Shown: one piece after another, positions 1 to 8,516 of the stretch | How positions within the stretch are numbered: position 1 is the first letter of the stretch | Layout of the letters: the number at the start of each line of letters is the position of its first letter | Source: an uncultured Spirochaetaceae bacterium | GTDB lineage: Bacteria > Spirochaetota > Spirochaetia > DSM-27196 > SLST01 | NCBI GenBank assembly: GCA_964437265.1 | Contig: CAYTGY010000003.1 | Location: forward strand, 1-38,000 | Reading direction: 5' to 3' | DNA: 38,000 bases | Made by a program: the position numbers and the translations under genes | The notes under the pieces: model-generated | What the model saw: the letters and a program-made list of their open reading frames with translations, nothing else | What the model was told of the DNA's origin: nothing | The model's database searches: none

Positions 1-1767
1 CGGCGTCCATCCGTCGTAGATATCCGCACGATGAACGGAGATCACATCTGACAGGTACAGTGGCAGCTTGTAGTGCGCCTGCGCAACCATAGCTTGGATT
101 TCCTGCACGAGCTCGATCTTCGCGTCACGGTCGAGCTCACTTCGCATCGCCTCGATCCGTGCGGCCAACTGGGGGTCATCCAGCTGTCCATAGTTGGAGG
201 AGCTTCCTCGCGTGACAAAGTGCGCGTTCATCATCAGGTCGATATTGGTGAAGTTGAAGATCACTCCCTGGATAGTCATGTCGAAATCGCCGGTGTAGTA
301 GCGGTCCTTTACCGCATTGCTTCCACCTTCCTCAAAGTAGATCTCGATGCCAATCGCCTCCAGCTGGACCTTCAGGTAGTTCACCAGGTTCTTGTACGTC
401 TGATTGGTGGTGACCGCGTATGAGAGACGGACACCGTCTTTCTCCCGGAACTTCCCACCCGCCGGCACCGTGTAGCCGGCGGCATCAAGAATCTCTGCCG
501 CGCGCATTGGGTCCGGCTCCGGGACGCCCGCGTTCGGATTAGCCAGGAACGACGACGGCTCAATCAGCCCGGCCGGCGCGGGTGAACCCTTTCCACGCAG
601 CACCTGGTCAATCAGCGCGTCCTGATCGATTGCCAGCGCAATTGCCTCGCGGACTGCCGGATCACACAGCGTCTCACGCGCGGGGGTCAGGTAGTCCGCC
701 GAGGGATTGAGGTTCAGGACCAGCGTGGTGAGAAAACGGCCGGGAGAGTAGGCAACCTCAACGTCTTCCGTGGACGCAAGGTTCTCCACATACGCTGAAT
801 CCACCGCGGGTAGCAGAACGTCAACATCACCCTTCTTCAAGGCATTGATGGCTACGTTGATGTCCAAATAGTTGATGAACTTGACCGTCTCCGGCTTGTA
901 GAAGTCCTCACCGCGCTCATCCATGAGATGGAAGCCTTCCCGTTTCCGAAGAACAATGACACCGGCGTTGGTCTCCTCAGTATCCAGCACGTACGGGCCA
1001 CTTCCAACCGGTTCTTTGAAGAGGTTCTCAATGAGTGGGATGGGGTTGGGGCTGTTGAGCTGGTTCTTGGGCGAGAGAACGTTCCATTTGTGCTCCGGGA
1101 GCATCAGGATCGTGGTGAACAACGGCGTAACGGCGCCCAACACCTTGCGTACGTGGAAGTACACCACGTTTTCTTCTCCGGGGCCAAAGCCATATTCACC
1201 CGGAAACTCGTGGTAGAAAACCCCCTGGCGTACCAGGTTCCAGTCACCTTCACGGTCGCGCTCATACTTGTGCAGGAGATCGCCGGTCCACGCAAGCGCG
1301 CCGGCGTGGTTGGTCCTGCCAAAGTCTGCGGCCAGATCAAAGGTGAAGTAGATGTCCTTTGCCGTCACCGGCACGCCGTCACTCCAGGTGGCGGACTTGT
1401 TGAGGATCACCTTCACCTCGAGGTACTCCTGATCCGCGGCGACGCTCGACGGCTCCTCCACGTACTCCCAGTCGGTGGCCAAGTTGGGCTCAAACTCGCC
1501 GGTTTCCTCGTCGTAGACAAACAGCGTGCTATAGATAGAGCTGGAGATGGTGGGCGAGATTCCTTGATTGGAAAGCCACGGCATATAGGTTGACGGGAGC
1601 GAGCTTGATACGTTGCCCACGTACAGGGTGAAGCTCTCATCCGCGGCCCGGCCGGAGGCACCGCCTGAGCAGCCCGTGATGATCAGCGCGGTTAGCACAA
1701 CGGCTGTCACGGGCGCCATGCGGCGCTGCGCCTGCGAAGGTCGATCTACTCCCGTGGAATTCACCAT
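1..1767 (-). CDS. ABC transporter substrate-binding lipoprotein, family 5 (peptide/nickel/oligosaccharide type); 3' end runs off the window
   Basis: Absent from the ORF track because it is open to the window edge. Reverse-strand translation from ATG 1767 reads MVNSTGVDRPSQAQRRMAPVTAVVLTALIITGCSGG (signal peptide plus lipobox ITGC). It stays open to position 1 (...QAHYKLPLYLSDVISVHRADIYDGWTP) with family-5 SBP-like blocks throughout. AAGGAGGAG lies at 1768-1776. The exact start could be ATG 1767, GTG 1764 or ATG 1719. Confidence 0.8.
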   Translation of the reverse strand, partial: MVNSTGVDRPSQAQRRMAPVTAVVLTALIITGCSGGASGRAADESFTLYVGNVSSSLPSTYMPWLSNQGISPTISSSIYSTLFVYDEETGEFEPNLATDWEYVEEPSSVAADQEYLEVKVILNKSATWSDGVPVTAKDIYFTFDLAADFGRTNHAGALAWTGDLLHKYERDREGDWNLVRQGVFYHEFPGEYGFGPGEENVVYFHVRKVLGAVTPLFTTILMLPEHKWNVLSPKNQLNSPNPIPLIENLFKEPVGSGPYVLDTEETNAGVIVLRKREGFHLMDERGEDFYKPETVKFINYLDINVAINALKKGDVDVLLPAVDSAYVENLASTEDVEVAYSPGRFLTTLVLNLNPSADYLTPARETLCDPAVREAIALAIDQDALIDQVLRGKGSPAPAGLIEPSSFLANPNAGVPEPDPMRAAEILDAAGYTVPAGGKFREKDGVRLSYAVTTNQTYKNLVNYLKVQLEAIGIEIYFEEGGSNAVKDRYYTGDFDMTIQGVIFNFTNIDLMMNAHFVTRGSSSNYGQLDDPQLAARIEAMRSELDRDAKIELVQEIQAMVAQAHYKLPLYLSDVISVHRADIYDGWTP

Positions 1768-1782
1768 CTCCTCCTTGCCCCG

Positions 1783-2442
1783 CTAGTAGGGGAACTGCAT
1801 CTGTTGCCCAAACCCGTGCTTTGAGACCGAGTTGTCGTAGATCTCCTCAATACGGAACACGTACGCCGGGCGCTCCTTCCACCGTTCTACATTGGGGGCG
1901 TGATAGACGTCGTGCTGCGCGTTCACAAACCGGTGGTAGATGTCATCCATGTGGATCTCCATCTGACCTCTGAGCTCGTAGGAGATCACCGGGGGCTGGT
2001 AGAAGATGAGTGTCGCCTCCGGATTTGCCTGGAGGTTCTCCCAGCTGTGTCGCTTTGCCATCTCAAGCGAGGTGATGAGCGAGAAATCGATCCGCTGCTG
2101 CGCCTCAACCGAATACAGGTGCTCAACCAGGATCTTGAGTCCCCGCTGGCTGTATTCTTTGTCATCCTTGCGGTAGGAGCCGATGTGCTCCAGGTAGGCG
2201 TCAAGCGTCTCCTGCATGAGCTCCGGCTTTGGCACCCACCCCACGCCCTTGATGGAGCCGTTGAGCCCAGCCGGCCCGTGTGAGATCAGCGCGGGGTTAT
2301 GCGAGGTGAAACTGAGAAACAGCTTCTCATGGCGTATCTCTTCACCATCATGCAGACGCCGAACGGTGTTCGCGCGAGTCTTGTAGGACCAATCAAAAAA
2401 GCTCTCCGCGGATCTCATCTCCACGTCATCGGTTACTGCCAT
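1783..2442 (-). CDS. hypothetical cytoplasmic protein (family not recognised; weak resemblance to split-barrel flavin-binding proteins)
   Basis: 219-aa ORF with an ATG start and AAGGAG at 2449-2454, 6 nt upstream. It sits 3 nt after the upstream lipoprotein gene and 15 nt before the SBP gene, so it is operonic. No TM segment or signal peptide. Confidence 0.6.
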   Translation of the reverse strand: MAVTDDVEMRSAESFFDWSYKTRANTVRRLHDGEEIRHEKLFLSFTSHNPALISHGPAGLNGSIKGVGWVPKPELMQETLDAYLEHIGSYRKDDKEYSQRGLKILVEHLYSVEAQQRIDFSLITSLEMAKRHSWENLQANPEATLIFYQPPVISYELRGQMEIHMDDIYHRFVNAQHDVYHAPNVERWKERPAYVFRIEEIYDNSVSKHGFGQQMQFPY

Positions 2443-2445
2443 GCA

Positions 2446-3495
2446 CTACTCCTTGACTACCGTCATTTCTACCGTCCCCAGATCCATAACACTGGGGTCC
2501 GCCTGCATTACCACGATGTACTCCACGGTATCAATGGTCAGCGTGTTGTCCGTGGCAAACGGATCCGCGCTGGAGATGGTACCGGTCATCACAAAAGGAC
2601 CGCCCTCACCGGGGCGCTCAGCCGGGTCCGTGTAGGTCAGCGTGAGCGCATAGGTATCACCAGAGGGCTCAATGGCAAAATCCCCACGCCCTCGCGGGCG
2701 GCTGGTGATCAACTCAAAGCGATTGGCGGGCTTGAGAACGAGGGTAACCGGTGTACTGCCGCCCATTCCCTTTGCGGCCTCCCCGTAGTAGGTAGTCATC
2801 TCCTCAGGGCCCAGCATCCGGAATGTGAACTCGCGGCTTGGGGTGTTCGGCGCGAGCGACAGTGTAGCCGTGATGGTCTTGGTCGACAGATCTATCCGGC
2901 CCGTGGTGGTTCCACCCTCAGCATCCGGGATGAGTGAGATCTCTCCGTCCTGGATGCGAAACATGCCGGTCTCACCGCTCAGCGTGTTCACGTAGCGCAT
3001 CCCCGGATTGAGCTCCAGAATCACCTCACGGTTTCCCATGACGGTGGTGAGATAGTCACCCAAGAATTCCTCATACACGTCATCTGGAGAGCCTACCTGA
3101 ATAAAGGCGAGATCAACCGGCGACTCGCCCAACGTGAACAGCGCGGCAACCATCCCCTCAGTATAGGTCCCCGAGTGTGGCGCGCCGTCCTCCGGGGTGA
3201 AGGTCAGCGTCCCATCAGCGCCAAGCTGGTAGGTCCCCTCTTCAACGAGTCCCATGATGGAGATGTAGAACTCGTAGGCCCCGTCCTCATCCATCACCAG
3301 CGAGACCAGCGGCTTGTTTGCCGGGGACATGGCCCACTCGCCTTCATACGTTCCCGGCGTCACGCCGGAGGAGGTCTGACCGGCGCCCGCACCCCCGCCT
3401 TCCGGTTCCGCGGCGTCATTGCCGCATGCGACAAGCAGTCCGACCGCCAACAGAAGCACCCACAGTACACGAATGCCCAACCTGACCGAGTTCAT
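2446..3495 (-). CDS. hypothetical lipoprotein with internal beta-rich repeats
   Basis: 349-aa ORF. The N-terminus MNSVRLGIRVLWVLLLAVGLLVACGNDA is a signal peptide plus lipobox (LVAC). GGAGGAGGGAG lies just upstream of the ATG. Recurrent G-T-Y/T-F-T-P-type segments suggest repeated small beta units. Confidence 0.75.
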   Translation of the reverse strand: MNSVRLGIRVLWVLLLAVGLLVACGNDAAEPEGGGAGAGQTSSGVTPGTYEGEWAMSPANKPLVSLVMDEDGAYEFYISIMGLVEEGTYQLGADGTLTFTPEDGAPHSGTYTEGMVAALFTLGESPVDLAFIQVGSPDDVYEEFLGDYLTTVMGNREVILELNPGMRYVNTLSGETGMFRIQDGEISLIPDAEGGTTTGRIDLSTKTITATLSLAPNTPSREFTFRMLGPEEMTTYYGEAAKGMGGSTPVTLVLKPANRFELITSRPRGRGDFAIEPSGDTYALTLTYTDPAERPGEGGPFVMTGTISSADPFATDNTLTIDTVEYIVVMQADPSVMDLGTVEMTVVKE

Positions 3496-3537
3496 CAGCT
3501 CTCCCTCCTCCGCTCATAGATGCCGCGTTGAGAGAGC

Positions 3538-3566
3538 ATGCTACGGCGAGGTGGGCGTGGTGTCAA
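3538..3566 (-). promoter_or_regulatory. candidate sigma70-type promoter for the lipoprotein/SBP operon
   Basis: On the minus strand: TTGACA (3566-3561), a 17-nt spacer, then TAGCAT (3543-3538). This lies about 40 nt upstream of ATG 3495. Confidence 0.35.
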
Positions 3567-3581
3567 CAGAGAATTGACGAT

Positions 3582-3610
3582 GGGGGCGCCGGTCACCCAC
3601 GCGAGCCCCC
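3582..3610 (-). terminator. weak GC hairpin downstream of the 3634-4014 gene
   Basis: GGGGGC (3582-3587) pairs with GCCCCC (3605-3610). There is no clear U-tract. Confidence 0.25.
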
Positions 3611-3633
3611 GCTTCATGAACTGCGCTACGTAT

Positions 3634-4014
3634 CTATGCAACGAATGATGAGAGGAGCTCCTGAATAATCCGCGGGTTATCTCCGCTCTGGATCGAGAGC
3701 GCTCCCAGGGTGTAGATGATCCGCCGCAGCAGGTCCACGCCCGTCAGGCGCGGAAACAGCATACGCGTGACACAGATCTCCCGGACCAGCGCCGGATCCG
3801 TGCCGTCCACCACCAGCTGGATGGCGCTGCGAAGAAAGGAATCCTGGACCTCATCAAGTCCGTCTTCCAGGGCCAACAACCCTTCGCGCCGCCCGCGCTC
3901 TGCGAAGGCCACCATGTGCTCCACGACCTCGGTGAGCGTGGCACGCTCGGCATCGTCGCACTCTGCCCGCTCATACAGCTCCACCGGCAGCAACAGCTCA
4001 ATTCTCCCACTCAT
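3634..4014 (-). CDS. small soluble protein resembling the cytoplasmic (MotA_N-type) domain of MotA/PomA stator proteins
   Basis: The track ORF 3634..4209 is trimmed to ATG 4014 ([14 protein letters not shown]...). The segment [38 protein letters not shown]...[13 protein letters not shown] matches, from memory, the conserved cytoplasmic module of Firmicute/Thermotoga-type MotA proteins. No TM helices are present. Confidence 0.4.
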   Translation of the reverse strand: MSGRIELLLPVELYERAECDDAERATLTEVVEHMVAFAERGRREGLLALEDGLDEVQDSFLRSAIQLVVDGTDPALVREICVTRMLFPRLTGVDLLRRIIYTLGALSIQSGDNPRIIQELLSSFVA

Positions 4015-4085
4015 GGCGAATACTCTACCAAGAGACGGCCGAAGGTACAAATGCGCACCCCGGATCGTGGTATACTGGCGGTGGT

Positions 4086-4158
4086 ATGCCCACACGCGTT
4101 TCCGTGGCCAAAGACACCGACGACGTTCCGGCATGGCTGGAGCCGGGAAGACACGCGG
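4086..4158 (+). repeat. left copy of the direct repeat (partner 20117-20210)
   Basis: 4086-4121 equals 20117-20152 (36/36). 4122-4158 versus 20174-20210 gives 34/37. The left copy lacks the 21 nt at 20153-20173. Confidence 0.9.
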
Positions 4159-4187
4159 CGGCCATCCGGTCAGAGGCGGGGCGGTAG
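4086..4187 (+). pseudogene. relic 5' fragment of a Uma2-family endonuclease gene (33 codons, then stop)
   Basis: It translates as [33 protein letters not shown]. The first 36 nt are identical to the start of the intact Uma2 gene at 20117. A 21-nt in-frame gap follows, then 34/37 identities, after which similarity decays. An extended -10 (TGgTATACT, 4068-4076) ends 9 nt upstream of the ATG. Confidence 0.7.
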
Positions 4188-4343
4188 TTCGCCGGGCGGT
4201 GTCCCACAAGAATCGCTATAGGCCTACTCGTTCTTGCTCAAAACGCGGCTCGGGAACAACAGACCCCCGACTCCGGTCCTTGCACGCGATGGCCGCCGGA
4301 TTCACAATGGACAAAGCACGAACATTCTCAGGAGGTTCTCCGC

Positions 4344-6893
4344 ATGGCTTTGGCGTCTCTTCCGACCGACGATTCGTGTCGATTCGTGAGCGCCCGTCCA
4401 ATCTGGCTCACGAGTCGCTCACGGGAGGCAAACGTCCAAGCGGGGTTTCGCGCGTCGGTGACCGCCCATCACGGCCGCTCGTATGCTATTCGCGTGACTG
4501 CGGCGACCGTCTACCGCCTTCTGGTCAACGGTCGTCTCGTGGCGTACGGGCCCGCACGATCACCGCACGGGTTTCTCCGCGTAGACGAAGTCCCCCTGAC
4601 GGAGCATCTCGATGACGGCGAGAATGCAGTCTGTCTCGAGGTCGCCGGGTACAACTGCGGGTGCGTCTACCAGGTCGGTCGCCCTTCGTTCGTACAGGCG
4701 GAAGTGTTCGAAGACGATAGGACAATTGCCGCTACCGGCGTAGGACGGGGGGTTGCGGCGATTCGGCTTTCCATGCGACATCAACGTGTCGTCCGTTTCT
4801 CCTACCAGCGTGCGTTTACCGAGATCTACACCATCAACCGGGAGAAGCCTGCGGCACGATGGAACGATCCTGGCGTCGACGTGGCGCCGTTCCGGAATTC
4901 GACGGAGGTTGTGGATCACGCGAGTCGGCTGTTGCCGCGCGGAACCCCTATGCCGAGGTTCACGCGGATCGACATAGGATCGCAGATCTCGCTCGGGTCG
5001 ATGGCCCCGATTGAACACCCCGCGGGGTTCTCGTATCCGCAGAAGCAGTTCTTCTCTTCTCCCAGTCCCGGCTACAAGACGTTCGCGTCGTTCTCGCTCG
5101 AGGAAATTCCTGAGAACCCATACTACACGCTTCAGGATTTCACCTTTCGCAGCGATTCACGAGGGCGGCTCGGAGCAGATCTCTTTCCTCGCCGGCTGAA
5201 GCGTAACCGATTCGCACTGTACGATCTCGGACGCATCGTCACCGGGTTTATCGGCACACGGGTAATCGTGGGAGAGGATGCGACCATACTCTTGGTGTTC
5301 GATGAGAAACTGACCGGCGAGGCGTTTGCGCACATGCCGCACTGGGCGACAATCAACGTGGTCACGTACCACTTGGGCGCATCCTCCTCACCGTACGATC
5401 TGCTCACATTCGAGCCCTACGGGCTTCGCTACGTTGCGGTGGTGGTGCTCACGGGAGACGTGACCCTCACAGACTTGTTCGTCCGCGAGTATGCATACCC
5501 GTGCACCGATTCGATAGTCTTCAGCTCGTCCGACGCTCGATTGGTGAGCCTTTTCTTCGCCGCACGTGAGAGCTTCCGACAGAACGCGCTCGACGTGCTG
5601 ATGGACAATGCCCACCGTGAACGCGGCGCGTATCTGTTGGAGAGCTTCTTCTCCGCCGCCTCGATCCCATTCCTCTCGCAAGACCCGGCTCCGGAGACCT
5701 GCACGTTGGAAAACTACGCGCTTGTCGATCGCTTTCCCGGACTGGAGAAGGGCCACCTGCCCATGGTCTATCCGTCCGACTTTCGGGCGGCATGTCCCTC
5801 ATTCTCCCTCTGGTACATCCTCGAACTCGGCGAGTACGTAACACGCATACCGAACGCCGACCTCGATCGTTTTCGACCTCTTGTCGAAGCGATCCTCGCC
5901 CGCTTCGAACAATTCCTCAATCGCGAAGGGCTACTCGAAAACGTTGGTCCCGATTTCTGGGAGTGGTCGGCAGCCAACGAGTTCACCAATGGCGTTCACT
6001 TCCCACTCAACATGCTCTACGCGAAAGCACTCGCCGTGTTCGGGCGTCTCTACGAGTTGAACGCCCCACGCGAGCGGGCAGCTGAGATTCGATCCAGGAT
6101 CATCGACAGATCGTTCGACGGTGAGTCCTTCCGCGACAACGCAACGCGCAACCAGGACGGAACGCTTCACGCCACGGGCAACCGCTCGGAGTACTGCCAA
6201 CATCTTGCGTTTCTTCTTGACACGGTCGACGCCGAAGACGTGCGTTTCTTCGAGCTGGCACGTCGTGTTGTCCACGAAATGGGCCCGATGCACGAACGCG
6301 AAATCCCTGAGGTCGCGTCGTACGGGCTACCGGGTGCTGCAAGCGCTCCGGTCTTCGAGGATGTGTCGCCGCACACCACGCGATTGGTTCCCCTTGGTCT
6401 CTCTTACGGCTACCTGTCGCGTCTCCGCTTTCTACTCCGCAGGCGCGAGTACCAAGCGGTGCTCGACGAGTGCATCCACGTGTTCCATCCGATGGCGTGC
6501 TTCGGAGGAACGCTGTGGGAGCACAAGTCGCTGCTCTGCGAGGTGACCGGCCTCCCCGGACTCGGCGCGTGCGGATGCAACCAGGGGTCCGCGTCCTTCG
6601 TCGGCGCGGCGGTGATCCGCGCGGCGGTTGGGCTCCAGCGTGTTGATCTCGCAAAGAGAACCGTGACGCTCGACTTCGCCGACGTCGAAATCCGACACGT
6701 GCGCTACCAGCTCGCCACCCCCCACGGCGACATCTTGATAGAGCGCACGAAGGATCCGGACGGGCCTCACTACGTGCGGTATTGCGTTCCCAACGCGTAC
6801 AAAGTGGAACTCGTGCCGCCATCCGGGCGGTTTCATATCCACGCGTCCTACTGCGAAGACATAGAAGAGGACAGCGAAGGAGGCGCTTCGTGA
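4344..6893 (+). CDS. GH78-like (alpha-L-rhamnosidase family) glycoside hydrolase, cytoplasmic
   Basis: 849-aa ORF with GGAGG at 4331-4335. The N-terminal pattern ARPIWL...NVQAGFRA...VTAATVYRLLVNGRLVAYGPARS...GENAV is typical of the rhamnosidase N-domain. A central MDNAHRERGAYLLE resembles the six-hairpin D-x-P-x-R-E-R-x-G-W block. No signal peptide. Confidence 0.5.
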   Translation: MALASLPTDDSCRFVSARPIWLTSRSREANVQAGFRASVTAHHGRSYAIRVTAATVYRLLVNGRLVAYGPARSPHGFLRVDEVPLTEHLDDGENAVCLEVAGYNCGCVYQVGRPSFVQAEVFEDDRTIAATGVGRGVAAIRLSMRHQRVVRFSYQRAFTEIYTINREKPAARWNDPGVDVAPFRNSTEVVDHASRLLPRGTPMPRFTRIDIGSQISLGSMAPIEHPAGFSYPQKQFFSSPSPGYKTFASFSLEEIPENPYYTLQDFTFRSDSRGRLGADLFPRRLKRNRFALYDLGRIVTGFIGTRVIVGEDATILLVFDEKLTGEAFAHMPHWATINVVTYHLGASSSPYDLLTFEPYGLRYVAVVVLTGDVTLTDLFVREYAYPCTDSIVFSSSDARLVSLFFAARESFRQNALDVLMDNAHRERGAYLLESFFSAASIPFLSQDPAPETCTLENYALVDRFPGLEKGHLPMVYPSDFRAACPSFSLWYILELGEYVTRIPNADLDRFRPLVEAILARFEQFLNREGLLENVGPDFWEWSAANEFTNGVHFPLNMLYAKALAVFGRLYELNAPRERAAEIRSRIIDRSFDGESFRDNATRNQDGTLHATGNRSEYCQHLAFLLDTVDAEDVRFFELARRVVHEMGPMHEREIPEVASYGLPGAASAPVFEDVSPHTTRLVPLGLSYGYLSRLRFLLRRREYQAVLDECIHVFHPMACFGGTLWEHKSLLCEVTGLPGLGACGCNQGSASFVGAAVIRAAVGLQRVDLAKRTVTLDFADVEIRHVRYQLATPHGDILIERTKDPDGPHYVRYCVPNAYKVELVPPSGRFHIHASYCEDIEEDSEGGAS

Positions 6894-8419
6894 ATCATCG
6901 GTCAAGGTCCCCCAACGTCCTGTTCATCGTGACCGATCAACAGCGATTTGACACCATCGGTGCGCTTGGCAACAGCCACATCCACACGCCAAACCTTGAC
7001 CGACTTGTTGCGCGCGGCGCCGTGTGTGAGCACGCCTACTCGCCGTGCCCCGTTTGCGTCCCGGCTCGCTACGCTATACGGACCGGTCGCGACCCGCTTA
7101 CAACGGGGTATTTCCAGAATGAACCCCCAATCCTCGCCGAGGGGTATCCCGCGGTGACCGAGGAGCGATGCGGAGAGTTTCTTGCGCGAGCCATGAGACG
7201 ACGGGGGTACCGCACGTTCGGGATCGGCAAGTTCCACACCATCCCGGTCAAGGAGGATCTGGGCTACGACGTCTACCAACGGTGTGAGGAGATGGACGGC
7301 TACCCAGACTCGTATGCACAGTTTATCTGGGCACACCCCGCGTACCGGCATATCGAGCAGCTCCACGGCGAGCGGACCGAGATGTACTACCAACCACAGA
7401 TGAGCCCGCTGCCGGCAGAGCTCACAGCCGAACGATGGGCAACCGATCGCGCGATAGAGCAGATCACCAAGGTGGACGACCGGCCGTACTTCGGAGTCCT
7501 CTCTTTTGTCGGCCCGCACCCCCCGTTCGCCCCACCTGTACCGTTTAACCGCATGTACGATCCTGATCGGATGAGAGATCCGATCGTCGGCCCTGAATCG
7601 GTGGACCTGATGGATCCACGCGTCGAGTGGAATCGATACTTCGTTTTCGCCGAGGATTTGAGCAACGCTCACATTCGCACGCTGCGCGCGCGTTACTACG
7701 GTGAGATCAGCTACATCGACTCGTGCGTCGGTCGGGTGATAGACACCATCGAACAAAGGTCGGATGCCGACGACACGCTGATCGTGTTCACCTCCGACCA
7801 CGGTGAGTTTCTTGGCGACCATCGAGCGGTGCAGAAGGAGAACTTCTTCGAAGAGTCCGCACATGTGTCAATGCTGGTGAGCCTACCGACGCGTATCAAG
7901 CCGGGGACGCGCATCGCGCAGACGGTGATGCTTACCGACCTCTTCGGCTTGGCCACGTCGGCCGCCTCCAGCCCCGAACTCCGCGACGGGATCGACCTCA
8001 TGGCACTGCTCGAAGGTCGACCGGCTTCAACCCCACGGACACGCTTCGGCTTCTCGAGCGCTCCGGGATCGCTTCACTTCCGAATGATGGCGCTCACCAA
8101 CACGTGGAAATACGTGTTCCACGCCAACGGTGGAGGCGAGCTGCTCTTTGACCCCGTCCATGATCCACACGAGCACCGAAACCTCATCGTCGATCGGCCC
8201 GACATGGCAAAGGCGGCACGAGCAGCCTGTGTTGACCGCCTCCGCAACGCTGCCGGAGCTGCCGCGCTCGACGGCGAGCGGCTGAGGTGCTTCCCAAAGA
8301 CGCGTCTTCCGCAAGAGCGCATCTACCAAATGAACGCGTTCCGCGGCGTCGTCGGGTTCCCTGAACACCCAGATGAGGTCGTATTCGCCGACCCAACTGG
8401 GTGCGACACTCCACAATAG
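6890..8419 (+). CDS. Cys-type sulfatase (formylglycine-dependent, S1 family), no signal peptide
   Basis: Contains NVLFIVTDQQRFD, SPCPVCVPARYAIRTGR (C-x-P-x-R at 7055-7069) and FTSDHGEFLGDH. I place the start at GTG 6890. It is preceded by GAAGGAGG (6876-6883) and overlaps the upstream stop as GTGA. The track ORF start at 6782 lies inside the upstream gene. Confidence 0.85.
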   Translation: MNHRSRSPNVLFIVTDQQRFDTIGALGNSHIHTPNLDRLVARGAVCEHAYSPCPVCVPARYAIRTGRDPLTTGYFQNEPPILAEGYPAVTEERCGEFLARAMRRRGYRTFGIGKFHTIPVKEDLGYDVYQRCEEMDGYPDSYAQFIWAHPAYRHIEQLHGERTEMYYQPQMSPLPAELTAERWATDRAIEQITKVDDRPYFGVLSFVGPHPPFAPPVPFNRMYDPDRMRDPIVGPESVDLMDPRVEWNRYFVFAEDLSNAHIRTLRARYYGEISYIDSCVGRVIDTIEQRSDADDTLIVFTSDHGEFLGDHRAVQKENFFEESAHVSMLVSLPTRIKPGTRIAQTVMLTDLFGLATSAASSPELRDGIDLMALLEGRPASTPRTRFGFSSAPGSLHFRMMALTNTWKYVFHANGGGELLFDPVHDPHEHRNLIVDRPDMAKAARAACVDRLRNAAGAAALDGERLRCFPKTRLPQERIYQMNAFRGVVGFPEHPDEVVFADPTGCDTPQ

Positions 8420-8516
8420 GAGTCGAAAACGCGATCATCTTGGGTCATTGCGCCCTGCCGGTGGCTGGTCCAAGCTGTCATCACACGGGCACGAGGAAGA
8501 GCGGAGGTGATGCGTC

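Noticed and set aside
3634-4209. The 191-aa track ORF extending upstream of the MotA-loop-like gene
   Set aside because: The first 65 residues are Arg/Pro/Trp-rich. They are antisense to the Uma2 relic and its promoter and resemble no protein. The conserved domain starts at ATG 4014.
6902-7864. Long antisense or alternative-frame ORFs overlapping real genes. Examples: 6902..7864, 12999..13784, 17252..18226, 24155..25048, 29583..30236, 6100..6822, 32073..32762.
   Set aside because: These are typical stop-codon-poor shadow frames of GC-rich DNA. Their translations are Arg/Pro/Gly-rich low-complexity strings with no motifs. Each lies opposite or out of frame to a gene with clear family signatures.
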